In this document: positions 8,761 through 18,400 of the stretch, piece by piece
Layout: each line of letters starts with the position of its first letter
How positions within the stretch are numbered: position 1 is the stretch's first letter
IMG/VR virus record: IMGVR_UViG_3300037499_000174
Coordinates: 1 to 52,840 of that record
Direction: 5' to 3' (one strand)
Source: a virus
Lineage: Duplodnaviria > Caudoviricetes
DNA length: 52,840 nucleotides
Made by a program: the position numbers and the translations under genes
Notes under the pieces: model-generated
What the model saw: only the letters and a program-made list of their open reading frames with translations
The model's database searches: none
Told to the model about the DNA's origin: nothing

Positions 8761-11111
8761 GCCTCCACTCTGACCAGGGTCTGCTCGCGGGTGGTGCCGA
8801 CCATCGGGCTACCGGCCTCCAGCGGGATGACCAGCGACTCCATGACGTGACGCTCCCGGTTCCCGTCCAGGTACCGCACCTCGATCGGGTCGTGAGGCCG
8901 CAGTGCCGGGTTGACGATGGCGCGGAAGTCCACCTGGTAGGGCAGGCCGATGCTGCGGCGCAGCATGTTCGCGGCCGCCAGCGACGCCTGACCGACCGTG
9001 GTCAGCAGCGGCGAGGCGTAGAACCGGGGCACCCTGCCGAACCGGCCACCGAAGAAAGTCGGCGACAGCGGGTTGGCGTCCACGGCCACCGCCCGCACCG
9101 GGTCGTCACTGTCGCCGGCCTCACCGGTGGCCACCACCGCGTTGTACACGCCCACCCGGGTCAGGGCACGGGACACCTGCAGCTGGACCCCGTTGTCGCC
9201 GGCATTGACGGTCCACACCGGGATGCCCGGGTCGGGCGCGTCCTCCACGCGTAGGAAGCCCTGCCCGTCCCAGAACATGACCTTGCCGAGGCTGTCGGCG
9301 ATGTCCCGCAGGAACTGGTAGCGGGACTCTTCGGCCACCAGCGGCCGGCCCAGGGTGTCCATCGCCGACGAGTCGAAGATGATCACCGCATCCGGGTAGA
9401 TCTCCCCGACCAGCTCCTCGAACACGGACTGGGTGGTACGGCTACCCGCGAACACCCGCGGGGCGAGTAGCCGCCCGTCGACGATGCCGGCCATCCGGTC
9501 CTGGCAGGACAGCCGGATCGGCCCGTCCGGCGCGTCGTCCTGCTCCGGGGTGTTGATCCGGAAGTAGCCGAGCGGGAACCAGAGTGGTTCGATGTCCGGC
9601 CCGAGGTCGACCGCCCGGCGAACGAAGATCTCATTCCCGTACGGGGCAAGCAGATCGGACCCTCGCCGGGGCCACCGCTCCCCGACGGTGGTGAGCTGTA
9701 GGGTCCGCTGGATCTCCGCGGTTCCGTCGAGGGTCACATCCCCCCCGAGGATGTCGAGCTCGACACCGGCCGGGTTGTCGCCGGTTTGGAAGCTCGCGCA
9801 GACCCGGGCGTCGAACAGGACCCGGTGGGAGCCGGACAGGGTGCGAAGCAGCGCCCCGGTGGCCGGTACCGGGGGTGGGGTGCCGGCGACGGTGAAGGCG
9901 TGGGTGAACACGGCGGAGGTGCCACGCCACGCGGTGAGGGTGACCTGCAGGTGGGTGCCGAGGTCCTGGACGGTGACGGTGCCGTACTGGTTGCGCCCGT
10001 CGAGGGTGCCCGCGCTGTAGGTGCCGCCGGTGCCGAGCCCGGGGGTGGCGTCCAGCGATGCGGCCTGAAGGACGGGGATGTTGCCGGGGGAGTTGGCGCC
10101 GTCGTCGAGCGCCACCCCGTGGTAGTCGCCGGAGACGATGCACATCCGCCCCAGCCACCCGGCGGCGTCGAACATCGCCACCAGCTCGGTCTGCTCGGTC
10201 TGGAAGCTGGCCCACGAGTCGGTGGCGGTGCCCAGCCACTGCTGAGGCAGCAGCCACACCAGCAGCCTCGCCGGCGAGGTGGCGAGCAGGTTAGCCAACC
10301 AGGCCTTCTGGGCGGTGCCGAGCATGGTCTTGCTGGCGCCGTCCGGGTCGCTGTTGTCCGAGCCGTAGTAGCGGACATCGGCGCCGACGAACAGCACCCG
10401 GCCGATCTGCCAGGACTGCCAGATGCCTGCCGAGTCCGGCAGGTCGTAGTGGGGGACCCGCTCGCGGTAGATCTGGGCGGCGTTGGGTGAGGCGCCGCGT
10501 TGGTTGTTGGCCAGGAAGTCGTGGTCATCCCACAGGTACCCGAAGGGGACCTCACGGTAGAGCTGGGCCTGCCTCGACTGGGCGAGGTTGTCGTCGTAGA
10601 AGGTGCGCCGGTTCGCCAGCGTATCGGTGAGGGTGACCCCCCAGTCGGGGTATCCGAAATCCCCCAGATGCACGAACCCAAGCCAGTTGTTGGACAACGC
10701 CGCCGTGCGGATGGTGTCGTGCACCGGGTGGTTGGACACCAGGGAGGCGTCGAGCTCGCCACCGGCATCACCGGGGAAGTCGGGGTCGAGCCCGGCGCAC
10801 GACGCTGCGGCGAACGTGAACGTGGCGGGTAGCCCGAGCGGCGGGTGGGTGAGGAACTGGCCGGTCGGGTCGGTGTCGACCGTGCCGTTATCCTCGACCT
10901 GCCACCAGTAGCGGCTGCTGGCGGCCAGACCGGTGATACTGACCTTCGCCACCCCCTGGGCGTCTACCGCCTGCGAGCCGGTGAACACCGGCGAGGTCAT
11001 GCCGGCGTTGTCGGCCACCGCCACCCGCACCGGCCCGCCGCCGGACACCTTGGCCACGAAGGTGGCGCCGCCCGGGGTGACCGCCCCGACCACCATGTTG
11101 ACGACGCTCAC
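8757..11111 (-). CDS. PhoD-like metallophosphoesterase fused to a tail hub (DUF5047-like) domain
   Basis: HLGDFGY, WDDHD, DVRYY and SGDYH motifs in the N-terminal ~410 aa; C-terminal half resembles actinophage hub proteins. Confidence 0.8.
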   Translation of the reverse strand: MSVVNMVVGAVTPGGATFVAKVSGGGPVRVAVADNAGMTSPVFTGSQAVDAQGVAKVSITGLAASSRYWWQVEDNGTVDTDPTGQFLTHPPLGLPATFTFAAASCAGLDPDFPGDAGGELDASLVSNHPVHDTIRTAALSNNWLGFVHLGDFGYPDWGVTLTDTLANRRTFYDDNLAQSRQAQLYREVPFGYLWDDHDFLANNQRGASPNAAQIYRERVPHYDLPDSAGIWQSWQIGRVLFVGADVRYYGSDNSDPDGASKTMLGTAQKAWLANLLATSPARLLVWLLPQQWLGTATDSWASFQTEQTELVAMFDAAGWLGRMCIVSGDYHGVALDDGANSPGNIPVLQAASLDATPGLGTGGTYSAGTLDGRNQYGTVTVQDLGTHLQVTLTAWRGTSAVFTHAFTVAGTPPPVPATGALLRTLSGSHRVLFDARVCASFQTGDNPAGVELDILGGDVTLDGTAEIQRTLQLTTVGERWPRRGSDLLAPYGNEIFVRRAVDLGPDIEPLWFPLGYFRINTPEQDDAPDGPIRLSCQDRMAGIVDGRLLAPRVFAGSRTTQSVFEELVGEIYPDAVIIFDSSAMDTLGRPLVAEESRYQFLRDIADSLGKVMFWDGQGFLRVEDAPDPGIPVWTVNAGDNGVQLQVSRALTRVGVYNAVVATGEAGDSDDPVRAVAVDANPLSPTFFGGRFGRVPRFYASPLLTTVGQASLAAANMLRRSIGLPYQVDFRAIVNPALRPHDPIEVRYLDGNRERHVMESLVIPLEAGSPMVGTTREQTLVRVEA

Positions 11112-11683
11112 AGCGTCACCAGATCCTCGGGCGACCCGACCGTGTCGAGCAGGTCAGCCCACGTCGGATGGGCTGATACCAGCGCCTCCCACGATCCGTA
11201 CAGGTTCAGCACCGTCCCCCAGGTGAGGGTGCCGCCGACCACATCTGGGCCGGGTGGATTGACCTCGATGATCGGGACGGTGAACAGGTGGTGTGCTGAG
11301 ACTCCGTCGATCCGATGCCGGACGGCTCGTCCGGCCAACATGTACATAGATCCGGGAAGCAAGGTGTTTCCCTGCCGGCCGGTAACGCCGACGGCGGGCA
11401 CATGAAGAAAGAGGACCTCTGAGGTCCGGAGCATCAGCTCTAGATGTGACGCGTCAGCCGAGTTGTCGGTCCTCAGGTACAGCGCATGATCTCGGCCACC
11501 ATGCAGGTCGGTGATCGCGGTCGGTAAGGAGCGGCCGGAGATTGGAACCGCTGAGGATCGGGAGGCGTACTCGACATCACCATAGTCGGACACACTGACG
11601 ATCATGTTCAAAAACGGATACCGGACGGACTTGAGCCACACCTCACCGGCGAGGCTGGGTGTGGTCGACTCGATCTCAGGCAT
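11108..11683 (-). CDS. Distal-tail-like minor tail protein
   Basis: VWLKSVRYPFLN...GRSLPTAITD; lies between tape measure and hub. Confidence 0.65.
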   Translation of the reverse strand: MPEIESTTPSLAGEVWLKSVRYPFLNMIVSVSDYGDVEYASRSSAVPISGRSLPTAITDLHGGRDHALYLRTDNSADASHLELMLRTSEVLFLHVPAVGVTGRQGNTLLPGSMYMLAGRAVRHRIDGVSAHHLFTVPIIEVNPPGPDVVGGTLTWGTVLNLYGSWEALVSAHPTWADLLDTVGSPEDLVTL

Positions 11684-11689
11684 GGCAGC

Positions 11690-12565
11690 TCACCCGGCGA
11701 AGATGTGCTCGACCAGCACGATCCCGCCGGCGCCGGCGCCACCGGTGAGCGCGGCCGCGGACTCGGAGTTGGCCGCCCCCGACCCGCCCGACCCGTAGGC
11801 GGCACCGGCCACCCCCGCCGAACCGCCGGTCTGCTGCCGCCCGCCGCCGCCCATGATGCTGCCGCCGCCGATACCACCCAGACCGCGGATCGCCTGGTAG
11901 CGCAGCGCCGCCCCACCGCCACCACCGTCGACCGTCACATCACCGGTGGCGCCGGTTCCACCGGCGGCACCACCAATGTGGTTCGGGGTGGCTGACGCGG
12001 TCGCGACCGACCCGCCGGCGCCGCCCGGTGCCGACACGTTCGTGCCGGTCGTACGGGTGAACGTCGACGCGACGCCGGCGCCGCCGCTGGCCCCGGACAC
12101 CCCCGCCCCGCCCGTACCGACGGTGACCGTCTCGGTCGCACCCAGGTCGGCGGCCGGGATCACCGAGACCGCGGCCGCACCGGCACCACCACCCGCCCCG
12201 GCCGAACACTGACCGGCTGCCGTGGCCGCCGCACCACCACCGGCCCCAGCACCACCGACCACGGTGACCCGGGCGGCGACCAGCCCCAACGGCTTGGTCC
12301 ACGTCCCCGAGCTCGTGAAAACGTCCACAGTGTCCTCCAAACTGACCTGGGTCACCCGGTAATAGTTGAGCCGGTCCGCGCCGAACTCGCCATCCCACAG
12401 CTGCCCGGCCCCGGCCACGAGCGGTAGCGATATCCCGCCCCGCACCGTGGTCCACAGCAGCTGGTTGAGGCTGCGTTCCACCAGCACCGCACCGTTCGGG
12501 TACGCGGAGATGTTGATCAGCTGTCGGGACAGCGCGACATCGAAGGTGGACAGGTCGACGGTCAC
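11690..12565 (-). CDS. Minor tail protein with C-terminal glycine-rich domain
   Basis: Directly after tape measure; FTSSGTWTKP...GIVLVE domain. Confidence 0.75.
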   Translation of the reverse strand: MTVDLSTFDVALSRQLINISAYPNGAVLVERSLNQLLWTTVRGGISLPLVAGAGQLWDGEFGADRLNYYRVTQVSLEDTVDVFTSSGTWTKPLGLVAARVTVVGGAGAGGGAAATAAGQCSAGAGGGAGAAAVSVIPAADLGATETVTVGTGGAGVSGASGGAGVASTFTRTTGTNVSAPGGAGGSVATASATPNHIGGAAGGTGATGDVTVDGGGGGAALRYQAIRGLGGIGGGSIMGGGGRQQTGGSAGVAGAAYGSGGSGAANSESAAALTGGAGAGGIVLVEHIFAG

Positions 12566-15342
12566 CGGGCCGCCCCCGATCCCGCCCCAACCCGCCGCCG
12601 CACCTGACGGTCATGGCCACTGATCTCGGTCCGCACGACCCGCACCACCTCATCCCCGATCTGGATAACGTTGTCCAGGTAGATCGGCCCGGCCGAACCG
12701 CCGCCTGCCCCACCGCCACCAGAGCCGCCCACCGGCCACCGGCCGGTCGCGTTCAGCGCCAGCAGATCCGCCCGGTACCGCTGCGATACCTGAGGGTTGA
12801 GGATGATCTCCTTCGGGGTGGCAGCGACCAGCCGGCGGTCGGGCGACTCGCCGAACGGGCCAGGCACCTCTCCGCCGTGCTGGAAGCCGGGCACCCGGAT
12901 GGCGCCCACCGCAGCGGCGCCGGACACCTCGAAGGAGATCCGCACGAACCGGTCGATGTTGTCGAGCTGCTCCCGCAGCCGCTTGGCGGCGGCCTCGGCC
13001 TTCTCCATCCCCGGGGTGCTCACGGCGGTCGAGACGGCATCGGGGATCGCCCGGTAGCTGTCGATCAGGTCCCGGACCGCCTCCTCTTCGAAGCCACGCT
13101 TGATCAGGGCCGCTTCAATCTTGTCGAGCTGGGTGTCGTACAGGGCGTTTGCGTCATCGATCGACATCCCGTTGTCGATGTTCGCTCCACGGAGGTCCTC
13201 GATCGCATCGATCTGGTCGAGCACCGCGCCGCGGTTGTCCCGACCGGCCTGGGTGTTCAGATCCAGGGTGCGAGTGCCCTCCTCCAGCTCGGCGACCAGC
13301 TCGACGAAACCCTCCTTGTAGGCGATCGTCGCCCGGTCCAGCGACATCTGAGCGCCGAACAGGAGGTCGAATGCCTCGCGCAGCGCATCGACGTCCTCGG
13401 CGGCCTGCTCGGCCACGGTGCCGACCTCGCCGATCCCGGCCGCGACGTCCTCGGCGGCGGCCGCCCCCACCTCGGCAGCACCCCGCCACTCGTCGAGCTG
13501 GCCGCGCAGCAGTTCGGTCTGGTGGGTCGTGAGCCCCATCTCGGCGGTCAGCCGGGCAAACGCCGCCTCCGCCTGCTCGGTGCTGCCGGCCCGTGCCATG
13601 GTGGCCAGGGCCTGGTCGAGCGCCTCCACCTTCTCCCGCGGGACCTCCAGATCCCGGCCCAGCCGGAGCATGGTCGAGCCGAACTGCCCGGGAACCTTGT
13701 CCAGGAAGTCCTGCGCGCCCCGGCCGAGCTTGTCCCACCACCGGTCATTGAGCAGGATCTCGAACTCGTCCCCAACCGCAGACAGGTCGTCACCGAGCAC
13801 CCGGGCGGTCTCACCGGACAGCTTGCCGGTCTCCTCGAACTTCACCAGCCCGACCGTCATCGCGTCTACCGCCGGATTCAGCTCATCGAAGATCGCCTGC
13901 TCTAGCTTGCGGGAGGCGAAGTCGAGCGCCACCAGCGCGGCGGTGACGGGGCCGAGCGCCAGCCCAATCCCGGACACCGAACGCTGGAGCGTGGTCGAGG
14001 CCAGCGCCGCCCGGCCGCCCTTGGCTGCCATCTGCTCCAGCGCCAGGTTGAAGGCGTGGATCTTCGGGACGGCGATCAGCGCGGTCCCGCCCGCCAGCAG
14101 CACGGCGGCGGTCACCGCGGCCAGGATGGCGAGCGCGTTACGCAACGGCTCCGGTAGGTCGGCGATCGCCCCGGTGAACCCTGCGACCGTGTCGGCCATC
14201 TCGGCAACCACCGGCAGGAAGGTCCCGCCCAGGTCGATCGCGGCCTCGTTGATCTGGTTGCGGGCGATCTGGATCCGGGCCTCCGCGGTCTGGTAGCGCC
14301 GGTTCGCCTCGTCCACCAGCGCCGTGTTCTCCTGCCACGCCTGGTTGCCGATCTGCAGAGACTGAGTCAGGTTGTCGCCACTGCCCGCCAGCCGGCGCAG
14401 CGCGTCCGATGTCCGGATCTCCGTGATGCCCAGCTCCCGGAGGACGGCGTTGACGTCCCCGCCGCTTGACTGGACCTTCGCCAGCCCGGCCACGAACCGG
14501 GCGATGGCCGCACCGGCATCTTGCTCGTACGCGCGGGCGAACTCGTCCGCGCTGAGTCCGGCGGTCCGGGCGAAGACCTCCAGCTTGGCCCCGCCTTCGG
14601 AGACCGCGGTGTCGATCTCCAGGAAGACCCTGGAGATGGCGGTGCCGCCGGCCTCGGCATTTATGCCCACGTTGGACAGGGCGGCGGCGAAGCCCACGAC
14701 CTGCTGCTCGGTCAGGCCGATCGTCCGCCCTGCGCCGGCGATCCGCAGCGCCATCTCGACGATCTCCGCCTCGGTGGTGGCGCCCTTGTTGCCGAGGTCC
14801 ACCACCGCGCTCGCCAGCCGATCGACATCCGCGGGCGCGGTCTGCATGATGTTCATCAGCCGGGCCAGGGCAGTGGCAGCCGCATCGCTGGTGAGGTTGG
14901 TCGCCTCACCCATGTCGATCATCGTCTTGGTGAACGCCGCGACGTTCTCGCGCTGGATACCCAACTGGCCGGCGGCCTCCGCCACGGCGGCGATCTCCGC
15001 GTGGCTGGCGGGCAGCACCGCGGTCAGGCCCCGGATGTCCTCCTCCAGGGCGGCCATCTGGACGTCGGTACCCTCAACGGTCTTCAGCACCCCGGCCCAG
15101 CTGGACTCCCAGTCGATGGCGGCCTTGACTGCCAGGCCCACCCCGGCCGCGATCGCGGCGCCAGCGACCAGCATCCCGCGGCCGAGTGAGGTGAGCGCCC
15201 GGTCCACCCGGGCCTGCTGGCGCTCCAGCTTGGCCAGCTCGCGCTCGAACAGGCTCGCCTCACGCCTAGACTGCCGGGTCGTGAAGGCGCTCTCGTCGGC
15301 CTCGATGTTCAGGACGAGGTCACGCCGCATACTGCCTGGCAC
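12562..15342 (-). CDS. Tape measure protein (TP901-family core)
   Basis: 926 aa, Ala-rich and helical; AEAGGTAISR and LGNKGATTEAEI motifs; follows the chaperones. Confidence 0.92.
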   Translation of the reverse strand: MPGSMRRDLVLNIEADESAFTTRQSRREASLFERELAKLERQQARVDRALTSLGRGMLVAGAAIAAGVGLAVKAAIDWESSWAGVLKTVEGTDVQMAALEEDIRGLTAVLPASHAEIAAVAEAAGQLGIQRENVAAFTKTMIDMGEATNLTSDAAATALARLMNIMQTAPADVDRLASAVVDLGNKGATTEAEIVEMALRIAGAGRTIGLTEQQVVGFAAALSNVGINAEAGGTAISRVFLEIDTAVSEGGAKLEVFARTAGLSADEFARAYEQDAGAAIARFVAGLAKVQSSGGDVNAVLRELGITEIRTSDALRRLAGSGDNLTQSLQIGNQAWQENTALVDEANRRYQTAEARIQIARNQINEAAIDLGGTFLPVVAEMADTVAGFTGAIADLPEPLRNALAILAAVTAAVLLAGGTALIAVPKIHAFNLALEQMAAKGGRAALASTTLQRSVSGIGLALGPVTAALVALDFASRKLEQAIFDELNPAVDAMTVGLVKFEETGKLSGETARVLGDDLSAVGDEFEILLNDRWWDKLGRGAQDFLDKVPGQFGSTMLRLGRDLEVPREKVEALDQALATMARAGSTEQAEAAFARLTAEMGLTTHQTELLRGQLDEWRGAAEVGAAAAEDVAAGIGEVGTVAEQAAEDVDALREAFDLLFGAQMSLDRATIAYKEGFVELVAELEEGTRTLDLNTQAGRDNRGAVLDQIDAIEDLRGANIDNGMSIDDANALYDTQLDKIEAALIKRGFEEEAVRDLIDSYRAIPDAVSTAVSTPGMEKAEAAAKRLREQLDNIDRFVRISFEVSGAAAVGAIRVPGFQHGGEVPGPFGESPDRRLVAATPKEIILNPQVSQRYRADLLALNATGRWPVGGSGGGGAGGGSAGPIYLDNVIQIGDEVVRVVRTEISGHDRQVRRRVGAGSGAAR

Positions 15343-15679
15343 GGCGCACCTCCTCGTTGCGGACCAGCTTCACGTGATAGCCGCGCCGTTCAGAATCGCC
15401 CAGCGACCGCAGGGTGACCTGCAGCGCCTCCAGCTGATGGCAGCCGGGGCAGAACTCCGGCACCGCTCGGTGGGCCTGCAGGTGGCCGCCGTGCTCCGGC
15501 TGCCACTCCTCGGCCCGGGTGCCGCAACCGGAGCAGACCTGCGCCGAGCGCGCCAGCTCCCAGATCGCCTTACTGCGGTCGTCGTGGGACCAGCCCAGGA
15601 ACTGGCTGTGGGGGATCTGGTAGGCGCGGCACACCCGCAGCTCCAGCGCTAGCTGCGCATCGTGATCGAGCCTTTTGGG
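15320..15679 (-). CDS. Tail assembly chaperone, -1 frameshift extension (gpGT-like)
   Basis: Overlapping -1 frame entered at slippery C CCA AAA (15673-15679). Confidence 0.75.
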   Translation of the reverse strand, partial: PKRLDHDAQLALELRVCRAYQIPHSQFLGWSHDDRSKAIWELARSAQVCSGCGTRAEEWQPEHGGHLQAHRAVPEFCPGCHQLEALQVTLRSLGDSERRGYHVKLVRNEEVRRARQYAA

Positions 15680-16215
15680 AGCATCGGGTCGGCCCAACGC
15701 GCCCGCTCGTTCAGGCCGAGCACGGCCACCCGCAGCTCTTGCCGCTCGCCGTCCGAGCAGTGCTCGGCCAGGAACGTCGACCAGTGCTCCGCGGTCATGT
15801 CGCTGCCGGCGGCGCTGGCTGCCAGCAGAGCCGGCACGAACGTGTCCGGGTCGGCATCCGGCGGCCGGAGCTGCTCCGCCTCCGCGGCCGCCACCTGGGT
15901 AGCCGTGGGCGGGTGCAACGACTTCAGAGCCTCGTAGTCGGCCGGCGCCAGCGCGGTCAGGGTGACCGTCTCGTAGCAGGCGTCCGCCGCGGCTTGAGCC
16001 TCCGCCAACCCAGCCTCGGCCGCGACGTAGGCCGGGGTGCCCTCCTCGGCTCGTAGCAGCGCCTGCCGGGCCGCCCGGTGAGCCTCGACCGCCGCCCGGG
16101 CCTCGTCCGGCTCGACCACCAGGATCGGGTACGACAGCGACGGCAGCGGCCGAGCCAGCAGCCGGTCACGCTGGCTGGGCTCGGCCGTCTGCTTGCGGCG
16201 GGGCGCTGAGGTCAC
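15649..16215 (-). CDS. Tail assembly chaperone (gpG-like)
   Basis: Between tail tube and tape measure; slippery heptamer near its 3' end. Confidence 0.8.
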   Translation of the reverse strand: MTSAPRRKQTAEPSQRDRLLARPLPSLSYPILVVEPDEARAAVEAHRAARQALLRAEEGTPAYVAAEAGLAEAQAAADACYETVTLTALAPADYEALKSLHPPTATQVAAAEAEQLRPPDADPDTFVPALLAASAAGSDMTAEHWSTFLAEHCSDGERQELRVAVLGLNERARWADPMLPKGSITMRS

Positions 16216-16706
16216 GCCGGCAGTGCCCAGTCGATGGCTGGCACGCGCGTGATCGCGAACTGGACCATCACCCGGGCCGGGTCCTCACTGGCCAGGTTGA
16301 CCTCCTTCGGGATTCCGGCCACCGTCACCGGGAACGTGTCGGCCAGGTTCCCGGTGACGTCACCGCCCCAGCAGAAGACCACGAACCCGACCGTGCCCCG
16401 GGGGAGCAGGGAACGCAACGCATCCGCGCCGGTCTTGGTCATGTAGAACGTCGCGGTGCTGTCCTCGGCAGTGGTCCGGCCGATGATCTTCCCGATGAAG
16501 GTTGTCGCCAGGTCCGGGGTGTCCACGATGTTGCTGCGGACGTTCCATCCGGTTGTGGCGGCCAACTCCGGGCTCAGGTCGGTGCCGGCGTTCAGCTCGG
16601 AGCGGGTCGCCTGCAGGTTGGCGTTGGCAACCGTGGTCAGGAAGTACATTTTGCTGACCCCGGGGTGGATGTACCGGACCGCCGCGGTGATCGGTGTCGC
16701 TACCAT
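16212..16706 (-). CDS. Major tail tube protein
   Basis: ATRSELNAGTDLS...GRTTAEDS actinophage tube pattern; synteny. Confidence 0.85.
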   Translation of the reverse strand: MVATPITAAVRYIHPGVSKMYFLTTVANANLQATRSELNAGTDLSPELAATTGWNVRSNIVDTPDLATTFIGKIIGRTTAEDSTATFYMTKTGADALRSLLPRGTVGFVVFCWGGDVTGNLADTFPVTVAGIPKEVNLASEDPARVMVQFAITRVPAIDWALPA

Positions 16707-16709
16707 CTG

Positions 16710-16907
16710 CTACTCCTCAGTGCTATCGGTGCCGGCGGCGACCGGCTGGCTCTTACGGCGCCGGCCAGCGGCCGGCTCGGGCTCGGGCTCAGGCTTGGGC
16801 GGTGGCGGTGGGTCGGTCTCCTGCCAGCCGGCGGCGGCCCACACCAGCACGGCCGAGTCAGGGACCTCGACGCTCCGATCCAGCGTCGGGTGATAGATCC
16901 ACGCCAT
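16710..16907 (-). CDS. Small virion-region protein
   Basis: MAWIYHPTL...GWQETDPPPP; coupled to neighbours. Confidence 0.6.
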   Translation of the reverse strand: MAWIYHPTLDRSVEVPDSAVLVWAAAGWQETDPPPPPKPEPEPEPAAGRRRKSQPVAAGTDSTEE

Positions 16908-17230
16908 CAGGAGATCACCTCGAAGGTCACCGACGCCGACGCCGACCACGTGATGTTGACCAGCCCGTCGGCCGGGTTCCGGTAGGTGGCGGTGGCGCGG
17001 ATGTAGCGCGCCGCGCCGGCCGGCACCGCCACGATCCGGTCGGCCACCGCCAGGTCGCCGTCGACCGTCTGCGGGGTGACCATCGTGGCGTTGATACTGC
17101 CGCCCGAGGCGTTGATCACCCGGACGATGCTGTCCGGTCGCACCTTGTCCCCGCCGGCGCCGCCGGTGGCCGCGTTCGCGGTCGCGGCCAGGCCGGTCGT
17201 CGGCACCGGTTCGGTTGCCACTGTCGCCAT
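16907..17230 (-). CDS. Small structural protein
   Basis: Beta-rich, 107 aa, in the head-tail region. Confidence 0.7.
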   Translation of the reverse strand: MATVATEPVPTTGLAATANAATGGAGGDKVRPDSIVRVINASGGSINATMVTPQTVDGDLAVADRIVAVPAGAARYIRATATYRNPADGLVNITWSASASVTFEVIS

Positions 17231-17242
17231 GTCTTGCCCTCT

Positions 17243-17671
17243 CTATCGCCAGCCGCGGCGACGCGCCGCGATCTCCGCCGCCCGGTCGGCAGCATCCAGC
17301 CATCGCTGTCGGCCCGCCTTGATTGCCGGGATCAGGTACGGGCGGGTGTTCTGCTGAACCCACACCTCGCGGTTGCCGAAGACCGGATGCCTGAAGCCGC
17401 GCCGGTCCTGGCCGAACTCGTACAGCCGGGCGTGCGGGGCCTGGCGGGCAGAGACCCCCAGCCGAACGCCCGGGTTCTTGCGGCTGCGGGAGACCCGCAG
17501 GAACATCGCCTTAGGGATGCGGGTCGACCAGTCGGCGCAGCGCTTCGCATCCTCGAGGATCGGCCGGCCAGCCCTGAGGAACTCGGGGCCGAGCTGCTTA
17601 CGCAACTCCTCCGGCAACGCCCCGAGGTCCTGGATCAGCTTCTTGACCGCATCGCGGTTACGGACCACCAC
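17243..17671 (-). CDS. Tail completion protein (HK97 gp10-like)
   Basis: PHARLYEFG...RPYLIPAI motif; GGAGG RBS before GTG17671. Confidence 0.75.
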   Translation of the reverse strand: MVVRNRDAVKKLIQDLGALPEELRKQLGPEFLRAGRPILEDAKRCADWSTRIPKAMFLRVSRSRKNPGVRLGVSARQAPHARLYEFGQDRRGFRHPVFGNREVWVQQNTRPYLIPAIKAGRQRWLDAADRAAEIAARRRGWR

Positions 17672-17774
17672 GGGGCACCTCCCGCAAACGGCTGCGACCG
17701 GTGGCCGGCACGGCACCACCCAGGGATACGTTCAGCTCTCCCCGGCGGCGGGCGGCGGGATATAGCCTGCGGTC

Positions 17775-17960
17775 ATGACTGTCGATAGAAATGCCGCACA
17801 AGAGCCGGCCCAGCATCGAGGATCATCCGTGAGATCCCTGTTTCGGGTCCCGCGCAACGGTCACGAGCTGATCAACTTCGCGATCCCGTGGGCAGTGATC
17901 CTCGGGATCGCCGCAGCGTTCGGGTGGGGCGCGATCTCGACGCTGATCGGCGGTCAGTAG
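17775..17960 (+). CDS. Antisense moron: small membrane protein, probably leaderless
   Basis: C-terminal TM; -10-like TAGCCT at 17763-17768, 6 nt before the ATG. Confidence 0.55.
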   Translation: MTVDRNAAQEPAQHRGSSVRSLFRVPRNGHELINFAIPWAVILGIAAAFGWGAISTLIGGQ

Positions 17961-18400
17961 GCGAACGCGTCGCAGTTGACCACGAAGGTCAAGCTGACCG
18001 AGGCACCCCCGGCGCTCTCCTCACCCTCCAGCTGAACCTGATCCAGGTCCACCACGGCCGGCCGGGCGCGCATCACCACCCCACCCAGGGTCTGGTCACG
18101 CCGTAGCTCGGCCACCAACAGGTCGAACAGCTCGAACGCGCGGACCCGGGGCGGCCTCAGCACGGTGTCGCCGGAGACCACCGAGATGTGGCAAGCCACA
18201 TCGTAGGTCTCCCGGTCATCCACCCCCGCCGACTGTCGGGCCAGGTCCACGGCCACCGACGGGAGCTGCTCGGACCAGCCGACGATGACCAGCTCGTCCT
18301 CCCAGTCGGCCACGTCCGGGCCGTCCAGCACCTGCACACCGGGTAGCGCCGCCCGGAAGGCGACCAGCATCGCATCCAGCGCGGCCGGAATGGTGCTCAT
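17954..18400 (-). CDS. Tail terminator protein
   Basis: VLDGP...LRRDQTLGGVV pattern; synteny. Confidence 0.75.
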   Translation of the reverse strand: MSTIPAALDAMLVAFRAALPGVQVLDGPDVADWEDELVIVGWSEQLPSVAVDLARQSAGVDDRETYDVACHISVVSGDTVLRPPRVRAFELFDLLVAELRRDQTLGGVVMRARPAVVDLDQVQLEGEESAGGASVSLTFVVNCDAFAY

